The notes beneath the pieces were generated by a model. That model was not told where the DNA came from and ran no database searches. It saw nothing but the letters and a program-made list of their open reading frames with translations. A stretch of 64,000 bases of DNA. It comes from Pirellulales bacterium. GTDB taxonomy: Bacteria; Planctomycetota; Planctomycetia; Pirellulales; JAEUIK01. The stretch lies in NCBI GenBank assembly GCA_965227275.1, contig CBDDFU010000001.1, forward strand, positions 3,076,979 through 3,140,978, in the 5' to 3' direction. This document shows positions 46,851-57,800 of this stretch, in pieces (within the stretch, counting starts at the first letter, position 1; the number at the start of each line of letters is the position of its first letter). Both the position numbers and the translations under genes were made by a program.

Positions 46851-47561
46851 ATGGCGAAATCGATGGCGTCTCACATTCTTTCGTGGAACTCGACTGTCTT
46901 GCTGTGCGCGTTGGCCGCAATTTGTTCCGGCTGCGCGGACATGCCGCGCCCGCCGTGGGCCTCGAAGAAATCCGACGAAGAAGACATCCAGATCAGCGGG
47001 GTCAGAAACCCTTCGCTCGAGCTCGAAGAGCTCAAAGATCTGGCCAAGGATGCCAAGAAAAAAGATGCCACCGAGCAGGAGGCGATTTCGCAGCAGTTGG
47101 CCCAACGGCTGGCCGCCGAAAGCGATCCCGTCATTCGGATCGCGTTGATCCGCACGTTGGCAGCGTATCCGACATCCACAGCCACCGTGATGCTGAAGCA
47201 GGGGCTGCGCGATGCGGACAAGGACGTGCGCGTGGTTTGCTGCGAGGTGGTAGGAGAACGCCGCGATCCCGAGAGCGGGCGTCTGCTTGCCGAGGTGATC
47301 GCTTCGGACACCGATATCGATGTGCGGTTGGCAGCCGCACGGGGCCTGGGCGAACTGGAAGACAAGTCGGCCGTCGATGGGCTTGCCCTGGCATTGGACG
47401 ACCCAGACCCCGCCATGCGGCGCCGGGCTATCACTTCGCTGCAAAACGTCACGGGCCGCGAGTACGGGGGCGATATCACTGCATGGCGGCAATATGTCCA
47501 AGGCAACGAGCCCCAAGTCGACACGCCTTCGCTGGCTGAACGCTTCCGCGACATCTTCTAG
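46851..47561 (+). CDS. HEAT-repeat lipoprotein
   Basis: It has a lipobox AAICSGC and repeated PBS-lyase/HEAT-like units (DPVIRIALIRTLAAY, DVRVVCCEVVGE, DIDVRLAAARGLGEL, DPAMRRRAITSL). Confidence 0.65.
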   Translation: MAKSMASHILSWNSTVLLCALAAICSGCADMPRPPWASKKSDEEDIQISGVRNPSLELEELKDLAKDAKKKDATEQEAISQQLAQRLAAESDPVIRIALIRTLAAYPTSTATVMLKQGLRDADKDVRVVCCEVVGERRDPESGRLLAEVIASDTDIDVRLAAARGLGELEDKSAVDGLALALDDPDPAMRRRAITSLQNVTGREYGGDITAWRQYVQGNEPQVDTPSLAERFRDIF

Positions 47562-48010
47562 CCAATCTGAGCCGTATTGCTCAGCCTCGTTTGGCGGGGA
47601 AACCCTTGGTGTTGTCACTACGAGAAGCCTGAAGGGTTATGCGGCTGGCAGCAGGCAGCGCCACACTTGCAGCGCAAGCCGTCTGTTCTCCCATGAGCGT
47701 CTGGGCAAACTCTGCTGGCCAGTTCCCAGGTGGCCGATGTCAATGCATCTCGCCGACCCGGTACAAACGATTTCTCTTGAAATCTCTTGGGGCGGTTCCG
47801 GGCGAAACTCACCACGATCCTTTGGACTTCGCGTGCGAGAGTTCCGATACCATTGCTACTACGTAATCGCAGAGCAGGTCTCGCAAGGCGGGCCAGCGTT
47901 GCCCGCTTGCGTGTTGACACAGGAGATCGGTTCCCGGCGACAGCGGATGTCGGCGAAGCACTCCAATGTTCAGAGCGCGACGTACCACCCTCCCCGAAGA
48001 AGGTTCCAGG

Positions 48011-49540
48011 ATGAGTTCACGTTTCGGCACCAAGTTGCTGGCATGCGTCACGCTGCTATCACTACCACTTAGTTCCACGCTGCTGGCAGAAGAAGATTCC
48101 CGAGATGCGTCCACCAGAGAGCGATCTTCTTATAGCGAGATCTGGGCTCAGGCCGCTTCGTACCCGAGGGGAAGCCGAGGGATCTATCGGCAATCGCCGC
48201 AACGCACCGAGCGGACCTCGCGAGCAGATCGGCCCGATCGGTCGAATGAGCCGAACCTCGGCGGTGCCGCGAACCGCGTTCTCAGAACCGGCATTCGCTC
48301 CGTCAGTCTGACGGGACTGGAAAACAAAATCGAGCATGTGCTCGAAATGTACCATAAGCGTCTGTTGGACACTTCGAAAAACGATCCGTGGGAGGTGATG
48401 CACGGCATCATCGCCTACGGTTGCAATACAAACCTTGGTCGTGGACGAGGTGCCAAGCCGGTCAACGCCATTTCGTATGTTGCCTGGAACGGGCCATGTG
48501 CCGGTGATCGCCTGCTGTACACCAATGGCGATCGGCTCGAAGCACGCAAGGGCCCGAGGGTGCAAGGTCACTACGGGCAATTCCTGGCCATCTTGGCCCA
48601 GTCGCGCGTCAAGTCGGATTACCCGTTGCTTGTCGACAACAAGCAGTTCACGATTGCCGATCTGGTCGAGTCAGAGAAGCTGGGTTGTCGCGAGAATACC
48701 GAGCTGACCTTCAAACTGATTGCTCTGACGCACTACCTGGGTAGCGACGCCACTTGGAAGAACGACCTAGGAGAAGACTGGTCGATCGAACGATTGATCA
48801 AAGCGGAAATCGGTTCGACCATCCAGGGTGCCGCTTGCGGCGGTACCCATCGTCTGACCGGCATCTACTACCCCGTCGAGCGTCGGTTGAAGGAAGGCAA
48901 GCCAATCACCGGCGAGTATCTGCGGGCTCAGAAATACACCCACGACTATCAACGTTACGCCTTCAGCCTGCAAAACCCCGATGGCAGCTTTAGCACCGAG
49001 TGGTTCAAACGACCCGGCAACCGTCAGGACGTCGACCGCAAAGTGAAAACCACTGGCCACATTCTCGAGTGGTTGACCTTCACTCTCTCGGATGAAGAGC
49101 TGCGAGCCCCCAAGACCGTGAAGTGCGCCAACTTCATCGCTTCGGTTCTGCTGGCCGAGCCAAGTCGTGAATGGGAAATCGGCCCACTGGGGCACGCCAT
49201 TCACGCGTTGCAGCTCTACGGTCAACGGGTGTATCACTCGCCGACCTCCACACCGGCCGAGGAAGAGAACCCAATCGCGGATGCCCCCAAGAACCCGCCG
49301 AAAGTCGCCCGTCGTCGCAAGAGCGAACCGGTGGAAACAGCGGACAAAGTTGAAACGGCCACCGAGGTAGACATCGACGAGGTCGCCGAAGAGCCCGAAA
49401 CCGACGAGGTGAGCGAAGACGCCGCCTCCGAATCGGACGAAGCCGAGCAGTCAGAGCCGGAAACTCAGGAGGAACCTGAGGAAGCCGAACCCGCTCCCGC
49501 CGTTCAAGGTCCGGTTCTCTTCCAGCCCCTCTCGATCTAA
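48011..49540 (+). CDS. secreted hypothetical protein with polyacidic C-terminus
   Basis: The start was set at MSSRFGTKLLACVTLLSLPLSSTLLA (a signal peptide). The C-terminal 90 aa are Glu/Asp/Pro-rich. Confidence 0.5.
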   Translation: MSSRFGTKLLACVTLLSLPLSSTLLAEEDSRDASTRERSSYSEIWAQAASYPRGSRGIYRQSPQRTERTSRADRPDRSNEPNLGGAANRVLRTGIRSVSLTGLENKIEHVLEMYHKRLLDTSKNDPWEVMHGIIAYGCNTNLGRGRGAKPVNAISYVAWNGPCAGDRLLYTNGDRLEARKGPRVQGHYGQFLAILAQSRVKSDYPLLVDNKQFTIADLVESEKLGCRENTELTFKLIALTHYLGSDATWKNDLGEDWSIERLIKAEIGSTIQGAACGGTHRLTGIYYPVERRLKEGKPITGEYLRAQKYTHDYQRYAFSLQNPDGSFSTEWFKRPGNRQDVDRKVKTTGHILEWLTFTLSDEELRAPKTVKCANFIASVLLAEPSREWEIGPLGHAIHALQLYGQRVYHSPTSTPAEEENPIADAPKNPPKVARRRKSEPVETADKVETATEVDIDEVAEEPETDEVSEDAASESDEAEQSEPETQEEPEEAEPAPAVQGPVLFQPLSI

Positions 49541-49633
49541 GCCGCCGTGCTGATCTTTCTGACCACGCACCTTGTGGTGCGGAACTTCTCGCTGAACTTG
49601 AGACGAAGCCTGAAGGCTGTTCAGGCAATCTCG

Positions 49634-52600
49634 CTAAAACGCCGGAGTGTTGACTGCCCTGGGATGGCAACTGCGAGCTTTGTAGCCATGGCGATTGAGA
49701 TACTCTTGGGTCAGTTTCGCACAGCGTTTCCATTCTTCGTTGTCAATTTCACGCTTCCGCTGGTTGATCCGTTTCATATCGTCTGAAAGAAACTCGGCGA
49801 TGAGTGGGGAGTAGTTCGCCCAGCGTCCGTAAGCACGGGGGCCAAGCGTGATGTCGCTGGCGACGCCGGCAGGGGTCATGTACTCATAGGTGTTGACCGT
49901 GAGTAATTTCATGCCGGGTTTCAGCCCGTACTTGACGACGAACGAGTTGGGATATTCGAGCAGCACTACGCAATCAAACTCGCCCGAGAACGCTGCCACA
50001 CGTAGCGGCTTTACCGAAGCGACCATCGCCGCACGACTGTCGCCGTATAGCAGATGTTCTTTGATGTGCAGTCTCCAGAACTTAAGGCCTTTGCGATTTC
50101 GGACCTTGAAGATAAGGCCCGGGATGTCGTTTTCGGGAAAGAGTTCCGGGTCGAGAACACGGAGCTTATCCAAGGAAAGCACGACGCCGCCAGGATCGCT
50201 GGCAACCACTTCGTTGTTCATCGTCTCCGATTGCTGCGGCTCGGTGGTGCGTGCGTCCGACGATTTCTCTTTCTCTCGCGACTTTGGTTCGGGTAGTCCT
50301 GCGGCCACCTCGGCACGAATCGCTATTTGGGCCAGCCCGGCAAGAAGACGGAAATAGAAGGTCGACATCCGCTCGAGTATCTGGCTGGCCGCGTCGCTGA
50401 CCTTTCCGATATCGTGATGCTCCGGCACCGTGGGTAACGCATATCGGGCGACCGTCCTCACGCCTTCAGCATGTTCATAAGGGTAGGGGACACGCTTGAG
50501 CGTTTCGAAGAGTACGTGCATTTGCTGCATCATCGGAGGAAGCTGTTCCATCAGAAGCGGCAGCACGTTTTGTTTCTTTCCTGTTCCCTCGTCGACATAC
50601 GAAGCGAGTGAGGCGACAAACTGCAACTGCATCAATTGGATCTCAAGCGTGGCGAGCTGCGGAATCGACTTCTCTACTGCCCTGGCAATTGGCATCAATT
50701 GGGCCAAGCGGCGCCTGAGCGTTTCTTCCTCCTCCATGTGCGCCACAATTTCGGGGCATTTGAAGGACGCCAGCGCTGTGGAAAACCGCTGCATCGACAC
50801 CTTCTCATAGCGCGTAAAAACCGCTTCGACTTCGGCTAACTCCGCCTTGGCCTGAACGACAAACCTCTTAGCACCGGACTTTTTGATGTCGTTCGTATGG
50901 AGAAACTCGGGGGGCAAGCGTAGCTTCGCGCTGAGGGCACGTGTCGCGGCCACCGCGGAGGCCAAACGATAGCGAGCGTTGTTCAATCGCTCGCAACCGG
51001 CTTCGTATTCGTGCCGCGATTTCTCCATCCGCTGCCGCAGCGCGGTCAAGGCTCGTGCAAGCGACTCACGATCGTCCGTCGGAGTAACTGAGACGTTGGT
51101 CATTCCCAGGGAACGTGGCCAGGCAAGCGACCCGCCGAAGAACGATACGGCCGCTGCGTTCTGCGCTCCGTGGGCCTTCTTGCCGCGGATGAGCTTCGAA
51201 ACTTCAATCAGATGCGCTTGCTCGATGCTCTCGCCCAAAAACTGGCGGTAAAATTCGAGTGTTGTTGTCCGCGAAATCGCCTTGAAATTGCTGAATAGCT
51301 CCCGCGCCGGCCGTTCATCGGTGAAGATGCCCGGAGTTGGATTGGCTTCCACGAGAGCCACACGTTCTCGGGACGAAGGGTGCGTGTCGAATTTTCCGGT
51401 TTCTTCTTTGGCATATTGCTCATCAATTGCTTTTAAAACCTCAGCGTCCAGTTGGTCGACCGAAGCAATCACCAGCCCGGGCAGATCGTTCACGAGACGT
51501 CCCTCGGACCACATGTTAGCCAGATCGTTGTGGGCCAGGGAATCGGCCACCGAGAGAATTCTCATTCGCCTTGTTGTTGTTTCGAATACATCGCTTCCAG
51601 CTACCTCCGCTTCGTATCGATCGGCATCGAACTCCATTTGGCGCATGGTGTAACGACTGACGCGGTAGCCGGTCATCATCAGCAGCCACAAGAATCGACG
51701 TGTGCCCCAGATCAGGCCCCGCGCAATCTGTAAGACGAATACATAGCGCATGTCAGTCGATTTCGACCAGCGGTCCAATCGATCGTCCCATTTGTCGCGC
51801 CCATAGACGACTCGTGAGAACCAGGTGTTGATGCGGTTGACTATGTACGTAAGTCGCATGGAGCTTCCTTGCGAGAAGTGTCCAAGTTCGTGCGACAAGA
51901 CACCGGCAAGTTGTCGTAAGCTAAAATCCGCGACCAATGGCAATCCGATGATCAGTTGCATGTCACGTCGAATGAAAGCTCGCAGCGTGGTTCCAATTCG
52001 AGCGGCCGCGTTCACATTGATGTCCACGAAGATCTGCGTCGGGACGGGAGCGCCAGTCACCTCACAGAGGCGATGGACAAAGGCAAACAACAACGGCTCT
52101 TTCTTCGGGTCAAGCGCCTGTGGCTCCGTGTATTGCGAGCGCCGCGCCAGTAGCGGTTTCAGAAGGAAGAACAGCAGAATGGGACCCACCAGCAACGTAG
52201 CAGCATACATCTTGGTCACGCTGCGGCCTTCGTCGGCGATTAGCTGTAAAGGAAGAAAGTACAGGAATAGCCAGCCCACAAGGATCGTTAGCCCAATATA
52301 GATCGTAGGCAGCAGTAGCATCACAGCGGCGGTCAGCACGACTCCCAGCCGGTAGCCGATTGTAAGGCTCGGGGATGGGATCTTGCCGTTGATTGCAGCG
52401 AGAATGGAATCTGCCCGTTGCTGTCGTGTTTCAGTCCGGGCATGCGATCGCGTCTTTTTGCGTTGCGGTGCTTGAGCCGCTGGCTTTGTCGAAGTCGGCT
52501 CTGAAGTCTCAGTTGCTATCGAAACTCCACTGACTGAATTTCCCTTTGCCGGGGCAGCGTGTTGTTTCAGTGGTGGCACGACCAAGGGACCACCGCATTC

Positions 52601-52684
52601 GGGGCAGGAGCCTCGCTTCCCGGCGTACTTTTCCTTAATGTTCAGGACCGTTTGACACTGGGAGCATGTCGTTTGGATCGACAT
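49634..52684 (-). CDS. zinc-ribbon / M48-family metalloprotease membrane protein with large C-terminal domain
   Basis: The protein is 1016 aa. The N-terminus has a CxxC...CxxC zinc ribbon (CSQCQ...CPECG), then TM helices and the HExxH motif VLSHELGHF. The roughly 550-aa helical C-terminal region has no recognised motif. Confidence 0.75.
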   Translation of the reverse strand: MSIQTTCSQCQTVLNIKEKYAGKRGSCPECGGPLVVPPLKQHAAPAKGNSVSGVSIATETSEPTSTKPAAQAPQRKKTRSHARTETRQQRADSILAAINGKIPSPSLTIGYRLGVVLTAAVMLLLPTIYIGLTILVGWLFLYFLPLQLIADEGRSVTKMYAATLLVGPILLFFLLKPLLARRSQYTEPQALDPKKEPLLFAFVHRLCEVTGAPVPTQIFVDINVNAAARIGTTLRAFIRRDMQLIIGLPLVADFSLRQLAGVLSHELGHFSQGSSMRLTYIVNRINTWFSRVVYGRDKWDDRLDRWSKSTDMRYVFVLQIARGLIWGTRRFLWLLMMTGYRVSRYTMRQMEFDADRYEAEVAGSDVFETTTRRMRILSVADSLAHNDLANMWSEGRLVNDLPGLVIASVDQLDAEVLKAIDEQYAKEETGKFDTHPSSRERVALVEANPTPGIFTDERPARELFSNFKAISRTTTLEFYRQFLGESIEQAHLIEVSKLIRGKKAHGAQNAAAVSFFGGSLAWPRSLGMTNVSVTPTDDRESLARALTALRQRMEKSRHEYEAGCERLNNARYRLASAVAATRALSAKLRLPPEFLHTNDIKKSGAKRFVVQAKAELAEVEAVFTRYEKVSMQRFSTALASFKCPEIVAHMEEEETLRRRLAQLMPIARAVEKSIPQLATLEIQLMQLQFVASLASYVDEGTGKKQNVLPLLMEQLPPMMQQMHVLFETLKRVPYPYEHAEGVRTVARYALPTVPEHHDIGKVSDAASQILERMSTFYFRLLAGLAQIAIRAEVAAGLPEPKSREKEKSSDARTTEPQQSETMNNEVVASDPGGVVLSLDKLRVLDPELFPENDIPGLIFKVRNRKGLKFWRLHIKEHLLYGDSRAAMVASVKPLRVAAFSGEFDCVVLLEYPNSFVVKYGLKPGMKLLTVNTYEYMTPAGVASDITLGPRAYGRWANYSPLIAEFLSDDMKRINQRKREIDNEEWKRCAKLTQEYLNRHGYKARSCHPRAVNTPAF

Positions 52685-53536
52685 ATTCAGTCATTGAGAG
52701 AGATGTTCGGACGGGACACGGAAATTCAAACTAGCAACCCAAAAACGCCGCGACAATGTTTTTCTTCAAGACAAGAACCACCAGAGAGAGCCGATGGCGT
52801 AAATACGAATGCCCCGCCCTGGGTACGTTGTGCGCCTCTGAATTTCTGGGGCGAGACGTTCCCGCTTCATACAAAGAGTTTCCCGACAACTCAGTTACCG
52901 CAGGCACAATTCCGTGGCTTCCGAGCAGGCAGCTTCTTGAGTAAGTGGCGCTGCCATTGAGTTTTAGTTCATCCGCCGAACCGTATCTCACGTGGGAGTC
53001 AGGAGAGCGAACTGAAAATAGAGCAATTCCTCCTTCGGGCGATTCTTTACAACAAGTACGTTCCCTTTAGCACTGCTAGATGGAGTTCGAATCCAGCAAG
53101 TCCCGCGTTTTCAATCACTTCCACAGCTTTCTGTTCTGCGAATGGCCATGAACGACCCATTCCGGGGACTCTTTTCGATCATTGAGTACTCCCGGTGGCC
53201 GAAGTCTTCTCAGAATTTCTCAGCTCAAAGGGGCCCAATTCGCACAAGTGCCAGGGCTCCAATCGACCCCAATGCTCGACCTGCGCTTGCCGGTAGATTA
53301 GAGTTTTAGAATCGGAGCTCGCTGCCGGTTCGTGGTTGGGTTCTCCATCGATGGCTCGTCCCGCGGGCAGCCACTTGCACGATGGGGAGGACTCTCCTCG
53401 ACTTGCCCCTACCCCTGGCTCCGATTGGTGGGTCATGCTCCGAGAGTTCGCTCCCTGAACCTCGGAAACTGCACGGTAACCCCGTCTCGATTGCCCGCCA
53501 GAGGTACAGATCCACCAAGTCAGAGGTCACGATCGG

Positions 53537-54775
53537 ATGCTGCAATTCGTTGGACTTGCCGTCTCGCTTCTCGTTGGTGTTGCCGCCACGCCTGAAGGTT
53601 CTGATTCAAGTATGTTTGAACTGAAAGACGGCGACCGCGTCGTCTTCCTGGGCAACACGCTCATTGAACGTGCGGCACAATATGGCTACATCGAAACCCA
53701 GCTCACTCGCGCGAATCCAGATGCGAACATTATCTTTCGCAACTTGGGTTGGAGTGGCGATACGGTGTGGGCCGAATCGCGGGCCGGCTTCGATACCCCG
53801 GTCGAAGGATTCGAGCGGCTCAAAGAGTCAGTCATGGTGGCCAAGCCCACGTTGATCTTCGTGGGCTATGGCGGCAACGAAGCTTATGCCGGGGCTCGCG
53901 GACTCCCAAACTATCTGGCTGGTCTGCAACGGCTACTGCGAGTGCTTGACGAAACCGAAGCACGCATCGTGCTTCTGTCGCCAATTCGGCATGAAGACCT
54001 CGGACGCCCTTTGCCCGACCCTCAACCGCATAACAAGAATTTGCGGCTGTATGCGAACACCATGCGGAACATCGCCCGGCAGGAGGGATTGGGGTGGATC
54101 GAACTCGAGCCGGCACTCTCGGTTCAGGCCGTCGCGCAGCCATCACTTCCGCTGACCAACAACGGCATGCACTTGAACGACTACGGATATTGGCGGGCCG
54201 GTGAAATCATCGCCCAAAGCGGAGGCCATCCGTCGACGAGCTGGCAAGTTTCCATTACTGCCAATGGAGAACTGAACCATACAAGCGGGACCCAGGTTGA
54301 AGAAGTCGCTTCCACCGATGGCGGTTTGAAGTGGAAGGCTCTCGACGAGCGGCTGCCCGCCCCGCTCAATCCGCAAGCAACCTCGCACAGCAGCGGCTCG
54401 GAGTCGCACGGTCGCGTGCTTCGAGTCACCGGGCTGACCGAGGGTGACTATCAGTTGAGCATCGACGCTGAGCCGGTCTGCTCAGCCACGGCCACTCAGT
54501 GGAACGAAGGGGTTCCGATGACTATTGGTCCGGAGTTCGCTGCCACCGAAGAACTTCGACAAGCGATTCTCAAGAAGAATGAGCTGTTCTTCTATCGCTG
54601 GCGCCCCCAGAACACTACGTATCTGTTCGGGTTCCGCAAGCACGAGCAAGGGAACAATGCTGCGGAGGTCGCCGAGTTCGACCCGTTGGTGGCCCAGCAG
54701 GAAAAGAAAATTGCCCAGCTACGCAAACCGGTGGAGCACGTTTATGAGTTGACCCGCATCGACGGGCAGAACTGA
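53537..54775 (+). CDS. SGNH-hydrolase-family protein (Planctomycete-type)
   Basis: It has a GNTLIERA block, GWSGDT, and an NDYGYW/HLND catalytic block. It lies upstream of the PVC heme-binding protein. Confidence 0.7.
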   Translation: MLQFVGLAVSLLVGVAATPEGSDSSMFELKDGDRVVFLGNTLIERAAQYGYIETQLTRANPDANIIFRNLGWSGDTVWAESRAGFDTPVEGFERLKESVMVAKPTLIFVGYGGNEAYAGARGLPNYLAGLQRLLRVLDETEARIVLLSPIRHEDLGRPLPDPQPHNKNLRLYANTMRNIARQEGLGWIELEPALSVQAVAQPSLPLTNNGMHLNDYGYWRAGEIIAQSGGHPSTSWQVSITANGELNHTSGTQVEEVASTDGGLKWKALDERLPAPLNPQATSHSSGSESHGRVLRVTGLTEGDYQLSIDAEPVCSATATQWNEGVPMTIGPEFAATEELRQAILKKNELFFYRWRPQNTTYLFGFRKHEQGNNAAEVAEFDPLVAQQEKKIAQLRKPVEHVYELTRIDGQN

Positions 54776-54846
54776 TGAACGTCTTCGCACAAATTTTGCA
54801 CGAGCCCGAACTTACCCCACTATCGATCAATCAACTTTAAACGAAC

Positions 54847-57800
54847 GTGACAAACATGCGTCGTAGCAATCGCACCTGGTTCACTCCGTTACTCATCGTG
54901 GTGGCTGTACTTTGTTCAGTTCCCGCGTACGCTCAACGCGACTTGAAGGACATCCCGGTACCGGACCCGGAACGGGAACGGAGCGAGCTTCAATTGGCCG
55001 ACGGTTTCGAGATCAGCCTGTATGCTGCCGACCCGGAGATTGCCTCTCCGATTCAGATGAACTTCGACCCTCAGGGACGACTTTGGATCGCCAGTTCGAA
55101 CACCTATCCTCACATCGCCCCTGGCGACGAGGCCGACGACAAAGTGCTCGTCCTCGAGGATCGTGACGGTGATGGCGTTGCGGAAAAGTCGACCATTTTC
55201 GCACGGGGTCTGCTGATTCCAACCGGGATCGCGCCCGGCGATGGTGGCGTGTATGTGGCGAATAGCACCGAGCTGCTCCATATGCGCGACACCGATGGCG
55301 ATGGCGTCGCCGATGAGAGCCGAGTGGTACTTTCCGGCTTTGGCACTGAAGACACGCACCACATACTGCACACGCTACGATGGGGGCCCAACGGTCTGCT
55401 GTATTTCAACCAGTCGATTTATATTCACAGTCACATCGAAACCCCTTGGGGCGTTCGCCGGTTGGATGCGGGCGGGATCTGGGAGTTCCGGCCCGAATCG
55501 CTCGAACTCGACGTGTTCGTTCGCGGTTTCGTGAACACCTGGGGCCATGACATCGATCGCTGGGGGCAATCCTTCGCGACCGATGGGGCAGGGGGTGAGG
55601 GAATCAATTACTTGTTGCCGGGTGCCAGCTACGTCACGGCCAAGGATGCCAAGCGAATCCTGCATGGACTCAATCCCGGCAGTCCCAAGTACTGCGGTGC
55701 GGAAATCGTCGACGGACGACACCTTCCCCAAGACTGGCAAGGCAACATCATCACAGCCGACTTCCGTGCGAATCGGGTTTGCCGCTTTGTGATCTCCGAA
55801 GACGGTGCCGGCTATGCGGCGCAACAAATGCCCGACCTGGTGGGTTCATCGAACGTGGCCTTCCGCCCGGTTGATATCAAGCAGGGGCCCGACGGCGCGA
55901 TTTACATAGCCGACTGGTACAACCCCATCATCCAGCACGGCGAGGTGGATTTTCGTGATCCCCGCCGCGACCATATTCATGGTCGCATCTGGAGAATTAC
56001 TTGCAAAGACCGCCCCATTGTCGAGAGGCCCCAACTCGTTTCGGCCCTAACTTCCCATCTGCTCGAACAGCTAAGATCGCCGGAAGGATGGACGCGACAG
56101 CAGGCCAAACGGGTGCTTCGCGAACGCGGCGACGAGATCCTGCCCGAGTTGGGCCACTGGACCGCCTCGTTGGACACGGCCGATGACGAATTCGAGCATC
56201 AGCAGCTCGAAGCCCTGTGGATGTACCAATCGCTCGACATCGTGGACCCCGCGTTGATCGAATCAGTGCTTAACTCCGCCGAACCGAAAGCTCGAGCTGC
56301 CGCGGTGCGCGTGTTGGGACACTGGCACACCAGGCTCGACAATCCCCTGGTGTTGTTAACACCTGCCATCAACGACGAACACCCCCGGGTTCGACTGGAG
56401 GCTGTACGCACCTTGGCCAAGATCCAAAAGCCGCAAAGCATGGAGATCGCCTTGCGAGCACTGGACCGCCCGATCGACCAATTCCTCGATTACGCCTTGT
56501 GGCTTACGTCTCGCGATTTGAAGCAAAGCTGGCTGCCGGCGCTCGAGGCCGGAGAGTTCGACCTCGACGTGAACCCGGAGCATCTGGAGTTTGCCCTGCG
56601 AGCCGTTGATTCGCCCACCGTGGTCGATCCGCTGCTGAAGCTCATCGCCGAAGGTCAAGTTCCTGCCGAGCGACAAGCCGCGGTGCTCTCGCTGGTGGCT
56701 TCCTTGGGCGACTCCAATCAGTTGGCCGCCGTACTCGAATTGGCGATGAATACCGAAGGCGACATCGACGCCGAGCAGCGATCACGGTTGTTAGAATCGC
56801 TTGTGAAGGCAGCCAGAATGCGCGACGTACGGCCCGCCGGCGATCTGAACGCGGTGGCCGCATTGCTCTCGTCCGAGATTCCTGCCTTCCGCGCCGTGGC
56901 TGCCCGGGCCGTGGGTGCCTGGAAACTTGAACAAGCTCGCGAAGTGTTGGCAAGCATGGCCTTTGACAACGAGCTCGATTTTCCGTTACGACGGGCGGCC
57001 ATGGACGGGCTCACATGGCTGGGCGGGGGCGACAGTCGCGAAGCACTGCTCGAACTTTGTCAGGGCGAGAACGATATCAATATTCGAAAGTTGGCCATCG
57101 TTCGCCTGGCTTCGCTCGACCTGGGGGCAGCCGCCCAACAGGCCGTGGCCTGGTTAGCCGATGCGGGCAGTAACGACCCCTCCGCGGTCATCACGGCATT
57201 CCTTCAACGCAAAACCGGTCCCGAAGCACTGGCCGCCGCCTTGAATGAGCAAACGTTGCCGGCCGACGTTGTGAAGCTGGCTCTCCGAGCAGTCCGCTCG
57301 ACCGCTCGTGACCATCAAGCCCTGGAAGCGGCACTGGCCGTCTCCGGCGGGCTTGGTTCTCCGGTTAGTCCTCCGACCCCAAAGGAACTTACGCAACTAG
57401 TGAGCCTGGTTCTCGAAAGAGGCGACCCCACGCGAGGGCAAGAAGTTTATCGACGTGAAGATCTGGCATGCATGAAGTGTCACTCCATTGCCGGATCAGG
57501 TGGTCGCGTTGGTCCCGATCTATCGAGTATTGGTGCCAGTGCTCAGGTCGATTACCTGATCGAGTCGCTGCTGGTGCCCGGCAAGGCGGTGAAAGAAGCC
57601 TACCACTCGCTCATCGTCGAGACCGATGAAGGGCAGATTGTGACCGGCATCCAAGTGCGTCGCGACGATCAAGAGCTGGTATTACGGGATGCCGAAGATC
57701 GCGAGTCCGTGATTCCGCTAAGCTCCATCGAAGAAGAGTCGATCGGTGGCTCGATCATGCCCGCAGGACTGGTCGATTCACTGACGCAGGCCGAATTGGT

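Noticed and set aside
44632-47618. ORFs 44632..45678 (+348 aa), 46442..47539 (+365 aa) and 46833..47618 (-261 aa)
   Set aside because: They overlap the UPF0261, PEP-hydrolase-like and HEAT-lipoprotein genes in other frames. They are extremely Arg-rich, consistent with off-frame reading of GC-rich sequence.
53071-53100. Possible tRNA gene around GGAGTTCGAATCC
   Set aside because: It has only a T-arm-like stem-loop. I could not construct acceptor, D or anticodon stems on either strand, so I did not annotate it as a tRNA.
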